Virus record (IMG/VR): IMGVR_UViG_3300036820_000005
Location: 32,001-96,000 of that record
Strand: one strand, 5' to 3'
Origin: a virus
Length of the DNA stretch: 64,000 bases
The position numbers and the translations under genes are program-made. Position 1 is the stretch's first letter; every line of letters starts with the position of its first letter. Of the stretch, positions 49,666 through 57,787 are shown one piece after another. The notes under the pieces were generated by a model. That model saw only the letters and a list, made by a program, of their open reading frames with translations. It was not told where the DNA came from and searched no databases.

Positions 49666-49943
49666 GCGACGTGAAGCCCCGCCGCTACCAGGTGACCGCG
49701 CCGATGGTGGTCGCGCACGCCCAAACCGCGGACGGCATCAGGCTGCTGAACTTCTACCGGAACGCGTTCCTCCCGCCGGAAGTGCCGCAGAAGAAGATCG
49801 ACCTGCTCCTGCGCCGCCGGATGATCGTCGAGGTCGACGAGCACAACCGTCCCGTCCAGGCCGAGGCGCCAGCGCCGGCCACCCCGCCCGCTGCTGCGGG
49901 TGCGGCGGCCAAGCCTGTCCGGACGGGCGCGAAGACCGGATAA
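49662..49943 (+). CDS. Small post-capsid protein
   Basis: ATGA coupling to the capsid gene. Confidence 0.65.
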   Translation: MSDVKPRRYQVTAPMVVAHAQTADGIRLLNFYRNAFLPPEVPQKKIDLLLRRRMIVEVDEHNRPVQAEAPAPATPPAAAGAAAKPVRTGAKTG

Positions 49944-49946
49944 CTG

Positions 49947-50489
49947 GTGGCGGCGCTGACGTGGGCGCCGACGCTCGCCGACGTCGCCCGCCACATCCCG
50001 ACCCGCACGAGGGACACCCGCACGCCCGGGTCGGACCAGCTGCTCAACACGTTCACCGAGTCCACCACGCCGTCATCTGACGCGGCGCAAGGGTTTATTG
50101 ACGACGCTGTCCAGTGGGTCCTGGCCAGCGCGGGTGCGCTGCCGACGAACCTGCCGCCGACCGACGAGATCATGGTCGCCGCCCGCACCGCCGCCGAATG
50201 GCGGGCCAGCGCGGACATTGAGGTGGCGTATCCGAACCGCGACATGGATGTCCAGCTGTTCCGGACGCTGGACCAGCGGGCCAAGGACGCCCTCTCCACC
50301 CTGATCTCGGGGCTGCAGAAGGAAAACGAAGGCGTCATCGAGCTCGTCCCTGTGTGGAGCATGCCGCCGCCCTGGGCCGGGTCGATGGGCTCTGCGTATG
50401 GTCGCGCCGCCGAGATCGTGGCGCACGGCTTCTCCGACATGACCTGGCCGTTCCCCGGCCAGGGCTCATACCCCGACATCGGTTTCTAG
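49947..50489 (+). CDS. Head-tail adaptor/connector
   Basis: W.PT..DVA..IP.RT, F...TTP, AA.IE..YP. Confidence 0.7.
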   Translation: MAALTWAPTLADVARHIPTRTRDTRTPGSDQLLNTFTESTTPSSDAAQGFIDDAVQWVLASAGALPTNLPPTDEIMVAARTAAEWRASADIEVAYPNRDMDVQLFRTLDQRAKDALSTLISGLQKENEGVIELVPVWSMPPPWAGSMGSAYGRAAEIVAHGFSDMTWPFPGQGSYPDIGF

Positions 50490-50503
50490 CCAGGAGGCAG
50501 ACG

Positions 50504-51127
50504 ATGACAGCCACCTACACCCAGCCGTCCCCGGTCGCTACCGCGGAGGACGGCGAGGAGACCGGCGACCTCGCCTTCCCGTTCCACCAGCACGGCATGC
50601 CGCCCATGCTCGCGCCGACCGGCCTCACCGGCGCTGTCGCGGCCAGCCGGTACGTCGGCGCGACCGCCAGCGGCCACCCGACCGCCGGGACGTTCGCTGT
50701 CGGGGATGTCGTAGTGGACCAGACCGGCGCGTGGTGGTTCTGCACCGTCGCCGGGACGCCCGGCACATGGGTGTCGCCGGCCGGGCCCGCGCTGTTCTCC
50801 GCGATGACCGCAGTCGCGCTGACCGACGCGGCAACCGTCGCCGTGAACGCCGCGCTCGGCAACCTGTTCCGCGTCACCCTGGCCGGTAACCGGACCCTCG
50901 GCGCCCCGACGAACCCGACCGACGGGCAGACGATCGACTTCGAGATCACGCAGGACGGCACGGGTTCGCGGACGCTCGCCTACGCCTCCGCGTACGAGTT
51001 CTCGACCACGCTGGCGTCGCCGACGCTATCCACCGCGGCGGGGAAGGTGGACCTGCTGTCGTTCCGGTACAGCTCCGTCGCGTCGAAGTGGCGTTGCAAG
51101 CTGATCGACCTCGGGTTCGCGAGCTGA
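50504..51127 (+). CDS. Virion structural/fibre protein
   Basis: SD AGGAGG; PT.GT..VGD..VD..G..W.C...GTPGTW motif. Confidence 0.7.
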   Translation: MTATYTQPSPVATAEDGEETGDLAFPFHQHGMPPMLAPTGLTGAVAASRYVGATASGHPTAGTFAVGDVVVDQTGAWWFCTVAGTPGTWVSPAGPALFSAMTAVALTDAATVAVNAALGNLFRVTLAGNRTLGAPTNPTDGQTIDFEITQDGTGSRTLAYASAYEFSTTLASPTLSTAAGKVDLLSFRYSSVASKWRCKLIDLGFAS

Positions 51128-51147
51128 CCGGCGTTACCGGCAACGCG

Positions 51148-51501
51148 ATGAACCCCACCCAGTCGAACCACAACGTCACGACCGGCCCGGCAGCAGGCGC
51201 CACGCTGGCGTCGCTGACCGGGCTGGCCGCGGGCCGGTACGACATCACCGTGTACGCCTACCTCGCGGGCACGGTCACCGCGGCCGACGCCGACAACGTG
51301 GAGCTGCTGGTCGACGGGTCGGTGACCGATGTCCTCGCCGTCCCGCCTGTCGCCGCAGCCAGCGGGGTGCCCGGCCAGAAGTTCGAGCACATCACGACGA
51401 CCGGGGCGATCAAGCTCCAGGCCGTCGGCGCCGGCGGCGGGTCCGCCGTCTACCACACGCTCCTCGTCGCCGCCACGCCCGGAGACTACGTGCCGGAGTG
51501 A
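51148..51501 (+). CDS. Small virion-like beta protein
   Basis: A/G/T/V-rich composition. Confidence 0.6.
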   Translation: MNPTQSNHNVTTGPAAGATLASLTGLAAGRYDITVYAYLAGTVTAADADNVELLVDGSVTDVLAVPPVAAASGVPGQKFEHITTTGAIKLQAVGAGGGSAVYHTLLVAATPGDYVPE

Positions 51502-51503
51502 GA

Positions 51504-51525
51504 CTGCCACGCCCGCGTAGAAACT
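51504..51525 (+). promoter_or_regulatory. Late-promoter-like motif CTGCCAC-N9-GAAACT
   Basis: Upstream of the 51568 operon. Confidence 0.55.
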
Positions 51526-51567
51526 CAGGGCTCGTCTAGACACGATCCCCTACACGGGAGGGCAGAA

Positions 51568-52731
51568 ATGCTCAGAAGGCTCACCGGCACGATGGCGCTC
51601 ACGCTGCTCGCAGGGCTTGGCCTGGCGGTCAGCGGGAACGTCGCCGCCGCAACGGCGGCGTCAGCCGGCACTCCGCTGGTCAGCGCGACGACCAGCATCG
51701 CGAACGACCCCGATACCGGCGGCAACGGCACCTGGGCCGACGACGACTTCACCAGGACGCTGACGGTCAGCACCGACCCGACGAGCAGCGACTGCGCGGC
51801 ACTCGCCGGCTGGACCGCCTCGGCCGACGTCTGCTACTCGGCGGCCATCACGGACGCCGGGACCGCGAACACGGTCGTCAACGCCTTCCAGCCCAACCAG
51901 GGCAGCAGCACCCTGGCGGACCAGACCGGCGACAAGATCACCGGCCCGTCCGAAGGGGTGCCGTTCACCGGCACCGCCAGCTACCAGTTCTACGCGCCAG
52001 CCGGCGGCATCCCCTCCGCCGCGGACGTCCCCGCCACGCTGAACGACAACTTCGCGAAGCCTTCCGGAGCTGCGAGCACGTCGGAGTGGTACCTGGAGGC
52101 GTTCGCCGCCACCGGCCGCACAGGTGTCTACACGGGCGGCATCGGGAACTGGTCGTGGACCTACGCCGATTCCTGCGAGTCGTGGACCGACGCGAACACG
52201 AACAGCCAGGGGCAGTCGACGCCGCTGTCGGACGACGGGAACATCACCGGCAAGGCCTGCGCGACCCCCGCCGGGTTCAGCGGCGGCCAGGGCGACGTGA
52301 TCAACCGGTTCGGCAACGGCCTCGACGTCCGCGACCAGCGGCCCGCGGTGAACAACCTGATCATCGCCTACCCGGTGACGGGCACCGATCCGGCCGTCCA
52401 GTTCGACGTGATCCCGGTCGGGGACGGCTGGGCGTTCGAGTACGCGCCGCTCAAGGTCGACTCGGGGCTGTGCGTGTCCGAGGCAGTCGGCAGTGAGCCT
52501 GCCGGATCCAACCCGACCGGCCTGGTACTGCGGGACTGCCTGTGGAACAAGTTCCAGCGGTTCACCCTCAGTGTCGGCGCGAACGGCAGCTTCCAGCTCG
52601 TCAACGCGGCCACCGGCCAGACGATCCAGCCGAACGGCACCCGCGCCCAGATCACCGGGGAAAACACGCTGAGCAACGTGGCCGGGTCGTGGTGGGCGTG
52701 GAACACGCCCGGGTCGGCACCCGCCGCGTAA
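51568..52731 (+). CDS. Secreted protein with C-terminal ricin-B/beta-trefoil-like lectin domain
   Basis: Signal peptide MLRRLTG..LLAGLGLAV..ASA; GLDV, GLCV..L..C..N.FQRF..QLVN.ATG. Confidence 0.65.
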   Translation: MLRRLTGTMALTLLAGLGLAVSGNVAAATAASAGTPLVSATTSIANDPDTGGNGTWADDDFTRTLTVSTDPTSSDCAALAGWTASADVCYSAAITDAGTANTVVNAFQPNQGSSTLADQTGDKITGPSEGVPFTGTASYQFYAPAGGIPSAADVPATLNDNFAKPSGAASTSEWYLEAFAATGRTGVYTGGIGNWSWTYADSCESWTDANTNSQGQSTPLSDDGNITGKACATPAGFSGGQGDVINRFGNGLDVRDQRPAVNNLIIAYPVTGTDPAVQFDVIPVGDGWAFEYAPLKVDSGLCVSEAVGSEPAGSNPTGLVLRDCLWNKFQRFTLSVGANGSFQLVNAATGQTIQPNGTRAQITGENTLSNVAGSWWAWNTPGSAPAA

Positions 52732-52745
52732 GACAAGAAGACCTG

Positions 52746-53291
52746 ATGCCTGCCCGCTGGGTTGAGACGCGGATGATCCCGCTCGACGAGCTGACCCCGT
52801 TCCCGGGTAACGCCCGCCGAGGCCTCATCCCGAAGATCCAGGATTCGCTCCGGCGGAACGGGCAGTACAGGTCGCTGGTGGTCCGCCAGGACGGCGTAGC
52901 ACTCGTCGTCCTGGCGGGCAACCACACCATGCAAGCCCTCGCAGCCGAGGGGCACGCTGAGGCCCGCTGCGACGTGATCGAATGCACGGACCAGGAAGCC
53001 CGCCGGATCAACCTGGCCGACAACCGGCTATCCGACCTCGCCACCGACGACAAGCAGGCCCTCGCCGACCTGCTCGCCGAGATCGACGACCTCGAAGGCG
53101 CCGGGTACACCGCCAAAGACGTCGAGAAGCTCACCGGCACCCCGCCGGGTCCTGAACCCGGCGAAGCGCCCGTAGACGACCTGGAGACGGTGTGGGGCGT
53201 GATCATCGAATGCGACACCGAAGCGCAGCAGGACGCCCTGATCGCCCGGTTCACCGGCCAGGGCCTCGACGTCCAGCCGCTGACGGGATGA
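52746..53291 (+). CDS. ParB-like N-terminal domain protein 1
   Basis: LTPFPGNARRG, SL.RNGQYRSLVV, VLAGNHT, LADNRLSDLA. Confidence 0.85.
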   Translation: MPARWVETRMIPLDELTPFPGNARRGLIPKIQDSLRRNGQYRSLVVRQDGVALVVLAGNHTMQALAAEGHAEARCDVIECTDQEARRINLADNRLSDLATDDKQALADLLAEIDDLEGAGYTAKDVEKLTGTPPGPEPGEAPVDDLETVWGVIIECDTEAQQDALIARFTGQGLDVQPLTG

Positions 53292-53295
53292 CCTG

Positions 53296-53820
53296 ATGCC
53301 CGCCCGGTGGATCGACACCCGGGAACTGCCGATCGACGAGCTGACCCCGTTCCCCGGCAACGCCCGCCGCGGGAACGTCGACCTGATCCGCCAGTCGGTC
53401 CGCCGCAACGGCCAGTACCGGTCCCTCGTCGTCCGCGCCGACCGGGGCGCCTTCGTAGTCCTGGCCGGGAACCACACGATGCGTGCGCTCGCCGCCGAGG
53501 GCCACACGACTGCCCGGTGCGAGCTGATCGAATGCACCGACCAGGAAGCGAGGCGGATCAACCTGGTCGACAACCGCCTGTCCGACCTCGCCACGGACGA
53601 CAAGACAGCGCTCGCCGCCCTGCTCGCCCTGCTCGACGGGGACCTGGAAGGCACCGGTTACACCGCGAAGGACGCCGAGCTGATGAAACCGCAGAAAGGC
53701 GACACAGAGCTGTTCAGGCTCTACGGCGTGATCATCCGCGTCCCCGCCGAGGAGCAGCAGCTCCAGCTGCTCGAGCAGCTGTCCGGCGAGGGCCTGAACG
53801 TCCGCGCGCTGATCGCATGA
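53296..53820 (+). CDS. ParB-like N-terminal domain protein 2 (tandem paralog)
   Basis: Highly similar to the 52746 ORF. Confidence 0.85.
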   Translation: MPARWIDTRELPIDELTPFPGNARRGNVDLIRQSVRRNGQYRSLVVRADRGAFVVLAGNHTMRALAAEGHTTARCELIECTDQEARRINLVDNRLSDLATDDKTALAALLALLDGDLEGTGYTAKDAELMKPQKGDTELFRLYGVIIRVPAEEQQLQLLEQLSGEGLNVRALIA

Positions 53821-53835
53821 CCCGAGGAGAGCCCT

Positions 53836-54918
53836 GTGAAAGCTGACTTCACCCTGACCTGCCCGATCGAGAAGTCAGGGCGGGTGATGCAGCTCGCCTC
53901 ACTGTTCGACCTGCCCGTCGAGGCGAAGGCCAGCGTCCACGTGCAGGCGTCCCTGCCGGTCGAGGAACGCGACTGGAACGTCGGCCTGATCGTCGGCCCG
54001 TCCGGCGCCGGCAAGTCGTCGCTGGCCCGGCACCTGTGGCCCGGCCAGGTCGTGACCGGGTTCGACTGGCCCGACGGCCGGTCCCTGGTCGACGCGTTCC
54101 CCGCCAGCATCGGGATCCGCGACGTGACCGGCCTGCTGACCGCTGTCGGCCTCGGCTCCACGCCGACGTGGCTGCGGCCGTACTCGACCCTGTCGACCGG
54201 CGAAGCGTTCCGCGCGACCATCGCCCGCGCGCTGGCCGAAACCGGCGACCTGATCGTCGTCGACGAGTACACCAGCGTGGTAGACCGGCAGGTCGCCAAG
54301 GTCGCCTCCCACACGGTCCAGAAAGCGGTCAGGCGGGCCGGGCGGCAGCTCGTCGCGGTCACGTGCCACTACGACGTGGAGGAGTGGCTGCAGCCCGACT
54401 GGGTGTACGACGTGGCCGCCGCCGAGTTCCGCTGGAGGTCCGTTCAACCCCACCCAGAGCTCCACCTTGAGATCTACGAGAGCGGGAAAGCCCTCTGGCC
54501 CGTGTTTGCGCGCCATCACTATCTGAGCGGCGCCCTGTCCGGCGACGCGGAATGCTACGCCGGGTGGATCGACGGACGGCCGGTCGCGTTCACCTCGGCG
54601 ATCCCCTGGTCAGGCAAGACCAGCCCCGTGATGAAAGGGCACCGGCTGGTCGTCCTGCCCGACTACCAGGGCCTCGGGATCGGCGGCAGGCTCGACGACT
54701 GGCTCGGCCAGCTGCTCTACCGGCGGGGCCTGCGGTACCGGAACACGGTCGCCCACCCGCTGATGGTCCGGTTCTACTCCCGGTCCCCCAGGTGGCGGGC
54801 CACGGCGAAGCCGATGAGGCAGCTCGGCGCCAGCCACGACGGGCAACGCCACCAGTGGCAGAACCCGCGGCTGCTCGGCACCTGGACATTCGAGTACGTG
54901 CCCACGAGGGAGGGGTAA
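53836..54918 (+). CDS. ABC-type ATPase fused to a GNAT (Mom-like) acyltransferase
   Basis: GPSGAGKS, LSTGE, VVDEY, VTCH; FARHHYL, RLVVLPDYQGLGIG. Confidence 0.85.
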   Translation: MKADFTLTCPIEKSGRVMQLASLFDLPVEAKASVHVQASLPVEERDWNVGLIVGPSGAGKSSLARHLWPGQVVTGFDWPDGRSLVDAFPASIGIRDVTGLLTAVGLGSTPTWLRPYSTLSTGEAFRATIARALAETGDLIVVDEYTSVVDRQVAKVASHTVQKAVRRAGRQLVAVTCHYDVEEWLQPDWVYDVAAAEFRWRSVQPHPELHLEIYESGKALWPVFARHHYLSGALSGDAECYAGWIDGRPVAFTSAIPWSGKTSPVMKGHRLVVLPDYQGLGIGGRLDDWLGQLLYRRGLRYRNTVAHPLMVRFYSRSPRWRATAKPMRQLGASHDGQRHQWQNPRLLGTWTFEYVPTREG

Positions 54919-55280
54919 TGCTGAGGACCTGGGTGACCGCGAAGCTGCACGGGATCACCGTCACCGCCGCCAGCGTCGACTACCACGGGTCGGTGACCAT
55001 CGGCGCCGACCTGATGGACGCCGCCGGCATCGAGCACGGCGAGCAGGTCCACGTGGTGAACCTGTCGACCGGCGGCCGGTGGGTGACCTACGCCCTGCCC
55101 GGCCCCGAAGGCGTGTTCACGCTGAACGGCGGCGGCGCCCGCCTCGGCGTGCCCGGAGACAAATGCGTGGTCATGACGTTCGGCCTTGCCGAGCACGCGC
55201 CCGGCGCGGCTGTCGTGTTCTGCGGCGTCGGCAACGAGGCGATCGACCAGGCGTTCTACCCGGCCGGGCTGCCGCGGTGA
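54918..55280 (+). CDS. panD: Aspartate 1-decarboxylase (pyruvoyl)
   Basis: K9, H11, G24-S25 cleavage site, R54, T57-Y58, LNG..AR. Confidence 0.9.
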   Translation: MLRTWVTAKLHGITVTAASVDYHGSVTIGADLMDAAGIEHGEQVHVVNLSTGGRWVTYALPGPEGVFTLNGGGARLGVPGDKCVVMTFGLAEHAPGAAVVFCGVGNEAIDQAFYPAGLPR

Positions 55281-55981
55281 GAATCCTCGAACTCGGGTCA
55301 TACGTGGTCGTCGGGTACGCCGGCCTCCTGCTGGCCGAGCAAGGCCACCAGGTCACGAAATGGACCGCCAGCCACCCCGACCCGATCGAGGGCCTGCACC
55401 GCGGCCCGGAACTGTGGGCGTGGATCAACCACGGCAAGACGCTGACCGAACGGCACGCCGCCACCGTCGGAGACGCGCTCCTCGCAGACGAGTTTGACGC
55501 GGTGATCGATAACATCCGCGCCGACACGTGGGCGAAGTGGGGAGTCCGGCCGGGATGCCTGGCCGCCGCGCTCGACCTGACCTGGGTGTCGATGCGCGAC
55601 GACTTCGACGGCCGGTCCTTCGACGCGATCGCCCAGGCCCGCGCCTGGGGTGACCACCTCGGCTACCTCCCCGCATACCTCGGCGACACCACAGGCGGCC
55701 TGTGGCTCGCCTACAAGCTCCTGGCGGCCCCTCCAGGCCACCACATCCTCCGGCAGGCCGCATGCCTCGCCAAGCTCGTCGAGGGCGAGCTGGTCGTCCC
55801 GCCGCCGACCCCGCGGCAGGGGCCCGGCGGCGAACCGCCATGGGACCAGGCCGGCACCTACGGGCAGGACGGCGACGGCACACGGGTCTGGTACCGCGGC
55901 GCAGAGGTCCGGGAGCCGTTCCGTGACACGGAATGGCGGCGGACCAATTTGCGCCATTCCGGCGGCCGTTACGTCATCTGA
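55277..55981 (+). CDS. Family III CoA-transferase-like protein (CaiB/BaiF), short
   Basis: RILELGSYVV..YAGLLLAEQG..V.K, INHGK, DAVIDN.R, FDAIAQA. Confidence 0.75.
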   Translation: MRILELGSYVVVGYAGLLLAEQGHQVTKWTASHPDPIEGLHRGPELWAWINHGKTLTERHAATVGDALLADEFDAVIDNIRADTWAKWGVRPGCLAAALDLTWVSMRDDFDGRSFDAIAQARAWGDHLGYLPAYLGDTTGGLWLAYKLLAAPPGHHILRQAACLAKLVEGELVVPPPTPRQGPGGEPPWDQAGTYGQDGDGTRVWYRGAEVREPFRDTEWRRTNLRHSGGRYVI

Positions 55982-55989
55982 CGCCCGGG

Positions 55990-56075
55990 TAATACCCGCG
56001 TCAATTATTGCGCTCTCTCTATTCGCCGAATAGCCGGTCAATTAGAATTTGATTGTAAGCAAAAATAAACCGGCG
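55990..56075 (+). promoter_or_regulatory. Divergent AT-rich promoter region related to the P modules
   Basis: AT-rich; TAGAAT -10-like hexamer; shared TAAGCAAAAA tail; lacks the CTGACCTGCG box. Confidence 0.5.
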
Positions 56076-56089
56076 AAATGGAGTGCGAC

Positions 56090-56425
56090 ATGAATACCGC
56101 GCAGAAGCTACAGCGCCAGCCAGTCCTGCTAGCAGCAGTGAAGGCCCACGCGCAGGCGAATAGCGCGAAGGGCTGGGACATCCTCGGCGTCTGCGACGAC
56201 GCGGAAATCGTCGAGCTGATCGGCTGGTCGGAAACGCCGGAGAGCGCGATCGCGAAAGTGGCGAAGGCCCTCGGCCTCCACGTCCAGGCGGCGACGGCCC
56301 CGGCCAGGGGCCGTTGCACCGAGCGCGTCGTGTTCATCGACGACCGGGCGGTGTCCATGCACTACGACTGCCCCCTGCACGTCCAGTACACGGAGCGTGA
56401 GCGGTACGACCTCCTCCCCGTCTGA
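56090..56425 (+). CDS. Hypothetical protein (domain shared with the 41540 ORF)
   Basis: SD GGAG; AVKAHA..N..KGWD..D.EI. Confidence 0.7.
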   Translation: MNTAQKLQRQPVLLAAVKAHAQANSAKGWDILGVCDDAEIVELIGWSETPESAIAKVAKALGLHVQAATAPARGRCTERVVFIDDRAVSMHYDCPLHVQYTERERYDLLPV

Positions 56426-56434
56426 CCGTGACCA

Positions 56435-56479
56435 GCCCGGCAGGCAGGCAGCCCCGGTTCGAGCCCGGGGCCGGGCACG
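56435..56479 (+). ncRNA. tRNA-like mini-element, copy 6
   Basis: GCCCGG..CCCCGG-TTCGAGC-CCGGGG-CCGGGC-ACG. Confidence 0.75.
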
Positions 56480-56503
56480 CAGTACCAACCAAGAGGAGAG
56501 CCT

Positions 56504-56968
56504 GTGAAGGTCCTGTCCGTACGCCAGCCGTGGGCTGGCGCCATCATGCTCGGCCTGAAGCCGGTCGAGAACCGCAGCTGGGAGCCATGGGAGAAGGTCG
56601 ACGGCGGAAGGGTGAAGTTCCGCGGCCGGCTGCTGATCCACGCGAGCGCCCGGCCCGACAGCGACGGCCCGCGGTTCATCGCCAGCCTCGGCATCCGAAT
56701 GCCGCATGACCTGCCGATGGGCGTCATCCTCGGCAGCGTCGAGCTGTACGACGTCGTGACCGATAGCCGGTCGCCGTGGGCCGAGCCCGGCCAGAAGCAC
56801 TGGCTGATGCGCGACCCGAAGCCGTGGCTGCGGCCGATCAAGGCGAACGGCGAGCTGGGCCTGTGGGAGTGGGACGCGGTCCCAGGCGGCGGGCCGGTCC
56901 AGGCCCGCCGTGACCCGCCTGCACCGCCGCCGGATCAGGGCGGCGTAGTGCCGGTCTGGACCGTCTGA
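56504..56968 (+). CDS. ASCH domain protein
   Basis: LSVRQPWA.AI..G.K.VENRSW..RG.LLIHA; G.LGLW. Confidence 0.88.
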   Translation: MKVLSVRQPWAGAIMLGLKPVENRSWEPWEKVDGGRVKFRGRLLIHASARPDSDGPRFIASLGIRMPHDLPMGVILGSVELYDVVTDSRSPWAEPGQKHWLMRDPKPWLRPIKANGELGLWEWDAVPGGGPVQARRDPPAPPPDQGGVVPVWTV

Positions 56969-57021
56969 CCGAACAGGATGTGAGCGCCCGGCGGGCTGCC
57001 TGCCGGGCGCTCACGCATGCT

Positions 57022-57115
57022 CTGACCTGCGAAAATACGGCGTCTTTGTGCTGCCCGATCTTGTCGCGTTCTACACTCTTCATATATTATTTTTACATAA
57101 GCAAAAAACATCCAG
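57022..57115 (+). promoter_or_regulatory. Repeated promoter module, copy P5
   Basis: CTGACCTGCGAAAA; TTGTCG(57061)-N18-TATTAT(57085). Confidence 0.8.
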
Positions 57116-57133
57116 AACGCGAAGGAGCAAGCC

Positions 57134-57325
57134 ATGGGCGAGCGCGAAGTCCGCGAAATCCTCACCGAGATGCTGCTGAACGACGAGGAAGGCTACTTCC
57201 CCGGCGGCGGTGTCCGCGACGTCCGCTCCTTCAGCGAGGGCGGCCTGATGACTAGCAACGAGGGCCTGGTCCTCAAGCTGGCCGACGGCAGCGAGTTCCA
57301 GATCCAGATCCTCCAGAGCCGCTAG
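57134..57325 (+). CDS. Small conserved phage protein
   Basis: SD AAGGAG; VRSF.EGG.MT.NEGLV...DGSEFQI. Confidence 0.75.
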   Translation: MGEREVREILTEMLLNDEEGYFPGGGVRDVRSFSEGGLMTSNEGLVLKLADGSEFQIQILQSR

Positions 57326-57332
57326 ACGGCCA

Positions 57333-57375
57333 GCCCGGCTGGAAGCCAGCACCGTTCGAGGCGGTGCCGGGCACG
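57333..57375 (+). ncRNA. tRNA-like mini-element, copy 7
   Basis: GCCCG..GCACCG-TTCGAGG-CGGTGC-CGGGC-ACG. Confidence 0.75.
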
Positions 57376-57403
57376 CAGAACCCCCGACCGGCAGGAGATA
57401 GCC

Positions 57404-57697
57404 ATGATCGTGTCCACGCGTACGACCTACACCTTCAGCTTCACGCCCAACGAGCTGGGCGCCGTCACCGGAGCGCTCGAAACGACCGCAGAGCACTCCG
57501 TGCTCACCGAGACCGCGACCGAGGTGGCCACCGTCCTTGGCCTGCTGAACACGGGCGAGCCGCTGACCTGGCAGCAGGCCGACGACCTGCGCGTGTGGGT
57601 CGTCCGGTACTGCAAGGCGACCAGCGGCACCGACGAGATGCCGGCGTGGCCAGGCCTGATCGGCGAGATCGCCCGGCGTCTCCAGCAGGGCATCTGA
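57404..57697 (+). CDS. Hypothetical protein
   Basis: SD AGGAG. Confidence 0.7.
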   Translation: MIVSTRTTYTFSFTPNELGAVTGALETTAEHSVLTETATEVATVLGLLNTGEPLTWQQADDLRVWVVRYCKATSGTDEMPAWPGLIGEIARRLQQGI

Positions 57698-57703
57698 CCT
57701 GCA

Positions 57704-57747
57704 GCCCGACTTGGCAGCCAGCCCTGTTCGAGGCAGGGCCGGGCACG
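57704..57747 (+). ncRNA. tRNA-like mini-element, copy 8
   Basis: GCCCG..GCCCTG-TTCGAGG-CAGGGC-CGGGC-ACG. Confidence 0.75.
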
Positions 57748-57787
57748 AACGGCGGCAACCCGGCCGCCCCACCGAGAGGAGAAGACG

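Noticed and set aside
54918-55280. Host chromosomal pantothenate operon marking a prophage boundary
   Set aside because: panD is translationally coupled to phage-type genes, lacks panB/panC neighbours, and is flanked by virion genes on both sides.
1217-57747. Canonical tRNA genes or attP/attB tRNA fragments
   Set aside because: The elements are only about 43 nt with no anticodon arm. The T-stems differ between copies yet pair with their own partners, unlike duplicated att cores. No integrase is present in the window.
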